Shown here: positions 31,390 through 32,000 of the stretch, piece by piece | How the letters are laid out: every line of letters begins with the position of its first letter | Position numbering within the stretch: the first letter of the stretch is position 1 | Program-made: the position numbers and the translations under genes | Source: an archaeon GW2011_AR10 | GTDB taxonomy: Archaea; Iainarchaeota; Iainarchaeia; Iainarchaeales; GW2011-AR10 | Reading direction: 5' to 3' | Assembly (NCBI GenBank): GCA_000830275.1 | Contig: CP010424.1 | Coordinates: 420,001-452,000 of the forward strand | Length of the DNA stretch: 32,000 bases | The notes under the pieces: generated by a model | The model's input: the letters and a program-made list of their open reading frames with translations, nothing else | Database searches by the model: none | What the model was told of the DNA's origin: nothing

Positions 31390-32000
31390 TCATTTCCTTA
31401 AAATTAGGAAAGCAATAACTGCAACTGCAATAACCAAGAAGACAAGCACGCCAAACAACAGTATTGCAATGATTACTCCGCCGATAATGAGCCACGTTAA
31501 AGTGTCGTTAGAAGGGCTTGTTGGGTTTATTGAATCACTTGGAGTTATGCCTTCATCTGGCTGCAGTTCAGGCTGCCCCGGCTGCTGGTTTTCATCCTCT
31601 GCTCCAATTTCTGGTTCCGGTTCAGTTTCTGGTTCAGGTTCAGTTTCTGCTTCAGGCACTGGTTCTGGCTCTGCTGAACAAGAAGCAGGTTCCTCTAAGC
31701 TGAAGGAACTATAAATTGGGGTAAAAGTTTCAATTGAACCACTGTATTGGGAAGAAGGAATAGTGAACGCAACAGAGTAAATGTTTTTCTTGCTGCCAAC
31801 CGTTTCACCGATCATTAGAATTTCTTTCCCGCGATAATTGGTTGAAATTTCCCTGTATTCCTGCGAGAAAGCCTTGAAGCCACCTATCAGGAAAGAGACT
31901 GAAGCACCTTGCTTTTCTAGGTCTCCTGTATAGGTTGTGTCAAAGTAGGCTGAAGCATAATCTGCCGGATCAGAGTAAGTGCTGACAGAATAGGAGTCGC
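31390..32000 (-). CDS. surface/membrane protein, 5'-partial (continues beyond the window); acidic Pro/Glu/Thr linker plus C-terminal TM anchor
   Basis: I translated the frame upstream of the Met listed in the ORF track by hand. It stays open to position 31998 (...DSYSVSTYSDPADYASAYFDTTYTGDLEKQGASVSF...). The C-terminus is EPEPVPEAETEPEPETEPEPE...LTWLIIGGVIIAILLFGVLVFLVIAVAVIAFLILRK. Confidence 0.6.
   Translation of the reverse strand, partial: DSYSVSTYSDPADYASAYFDTTYTGDLEKQGASVSFLIGGFKAFSQEYREISTNYRGKEILMIGETVGSKKNIYSVAFTIPSSQYSGSIETFTPIYSSFSLEEPASCSAEPEPVPEAETEPEPETEPEPEIGAEDENQQPGQPELQPDEGITPSDSINPTSPSNDTLTWLIIGGVIIAILLFGVLVFLVIAVAVIAFLILRK
31613..31666 (-). repeat. about 3 x 18-nt imperfect tandem repeat encoding the (E/T)PEPE linker
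   Basis: Units: ggttccggttcagtttct / ggttcaggttcagtttct / gcttcaggcactggttct. Confidence 0.7.

Noticed and set aside
1-32000. Window-wide scan for CRISPR arrays, rRNA genes, IS elements or transposases, integrases and long direct or inverted repeats.
   Set aside because: None was seen by eye. The only repeats are short in-frame coding repeats, and the only mobile element is the intein. A by-eye scan cannot exclude diverged repeats.

Overview
This is an archaeal chromosomal segment. The assignment rests on archaea-specific ribosomal proteins (eL42/L44e, stalk P1, P0/uL10), Spt5 and Sec61-gamma-type SecE, TTTAAATA-type TATA boxes about 25-35 nt before starts, GGTG/GAGG Shine-Dalgarno motifs, and frequent 1-8 nt start/stop overlaps. 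I cannot assign a lineage from sequence alone. All family calls come from motif-level recognition of the supplied translations; no searches were run.

Gene content, left to right:
- small and membrane proteins, an M50 site-2 protease with CBS domains, and an intron-containing tRNA-Ser(CGA)
- a minus-strand operon: a wHTH protein plus two tandem MJ1255-like glycosyltransferase paralogs
- a two-gene orphan cassette at 6061-8033, whose first product ends in a RelE/ParE-like domain
- rpl44e and a membrane protein
- a 1538-aa SMC-like gene, interrupted in its Walker A loop by a 546-aa LAGLIDADG intein, with a Rad50-type CPVC zinc hook where the hinge should be
- a PrsA/SurA-like parvulin, a VIT1/CCC1 transporter, MgtC, and a secreted membrane-anchored Lon (S16)-like protease
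- the conserved cluster ftsZ-secE-spt5-rpl11-rpl1-rpl10-rpl12 on the minus strand; secE is below the ORF-track cutoff and was found by hand
- prs, translationally coupled to a gene with a sigma-70 region-2-like domain
- a contiguous pyrB-pyrI-pyrD-pyrK-pyrC-pyrE-pyrF operon
- a 5'-truncated surface-protein gene running off the window end

No CRISPR array, rRNA gene, IS element or integrase was seen.

Items most worth follow-up:
- the hinge-less SMC/zinc-hook hybrid
- the sigma-70 r2-like protein in an archaeal context
- the RelE-like fusion cassette, which sits where rps27e is normally found
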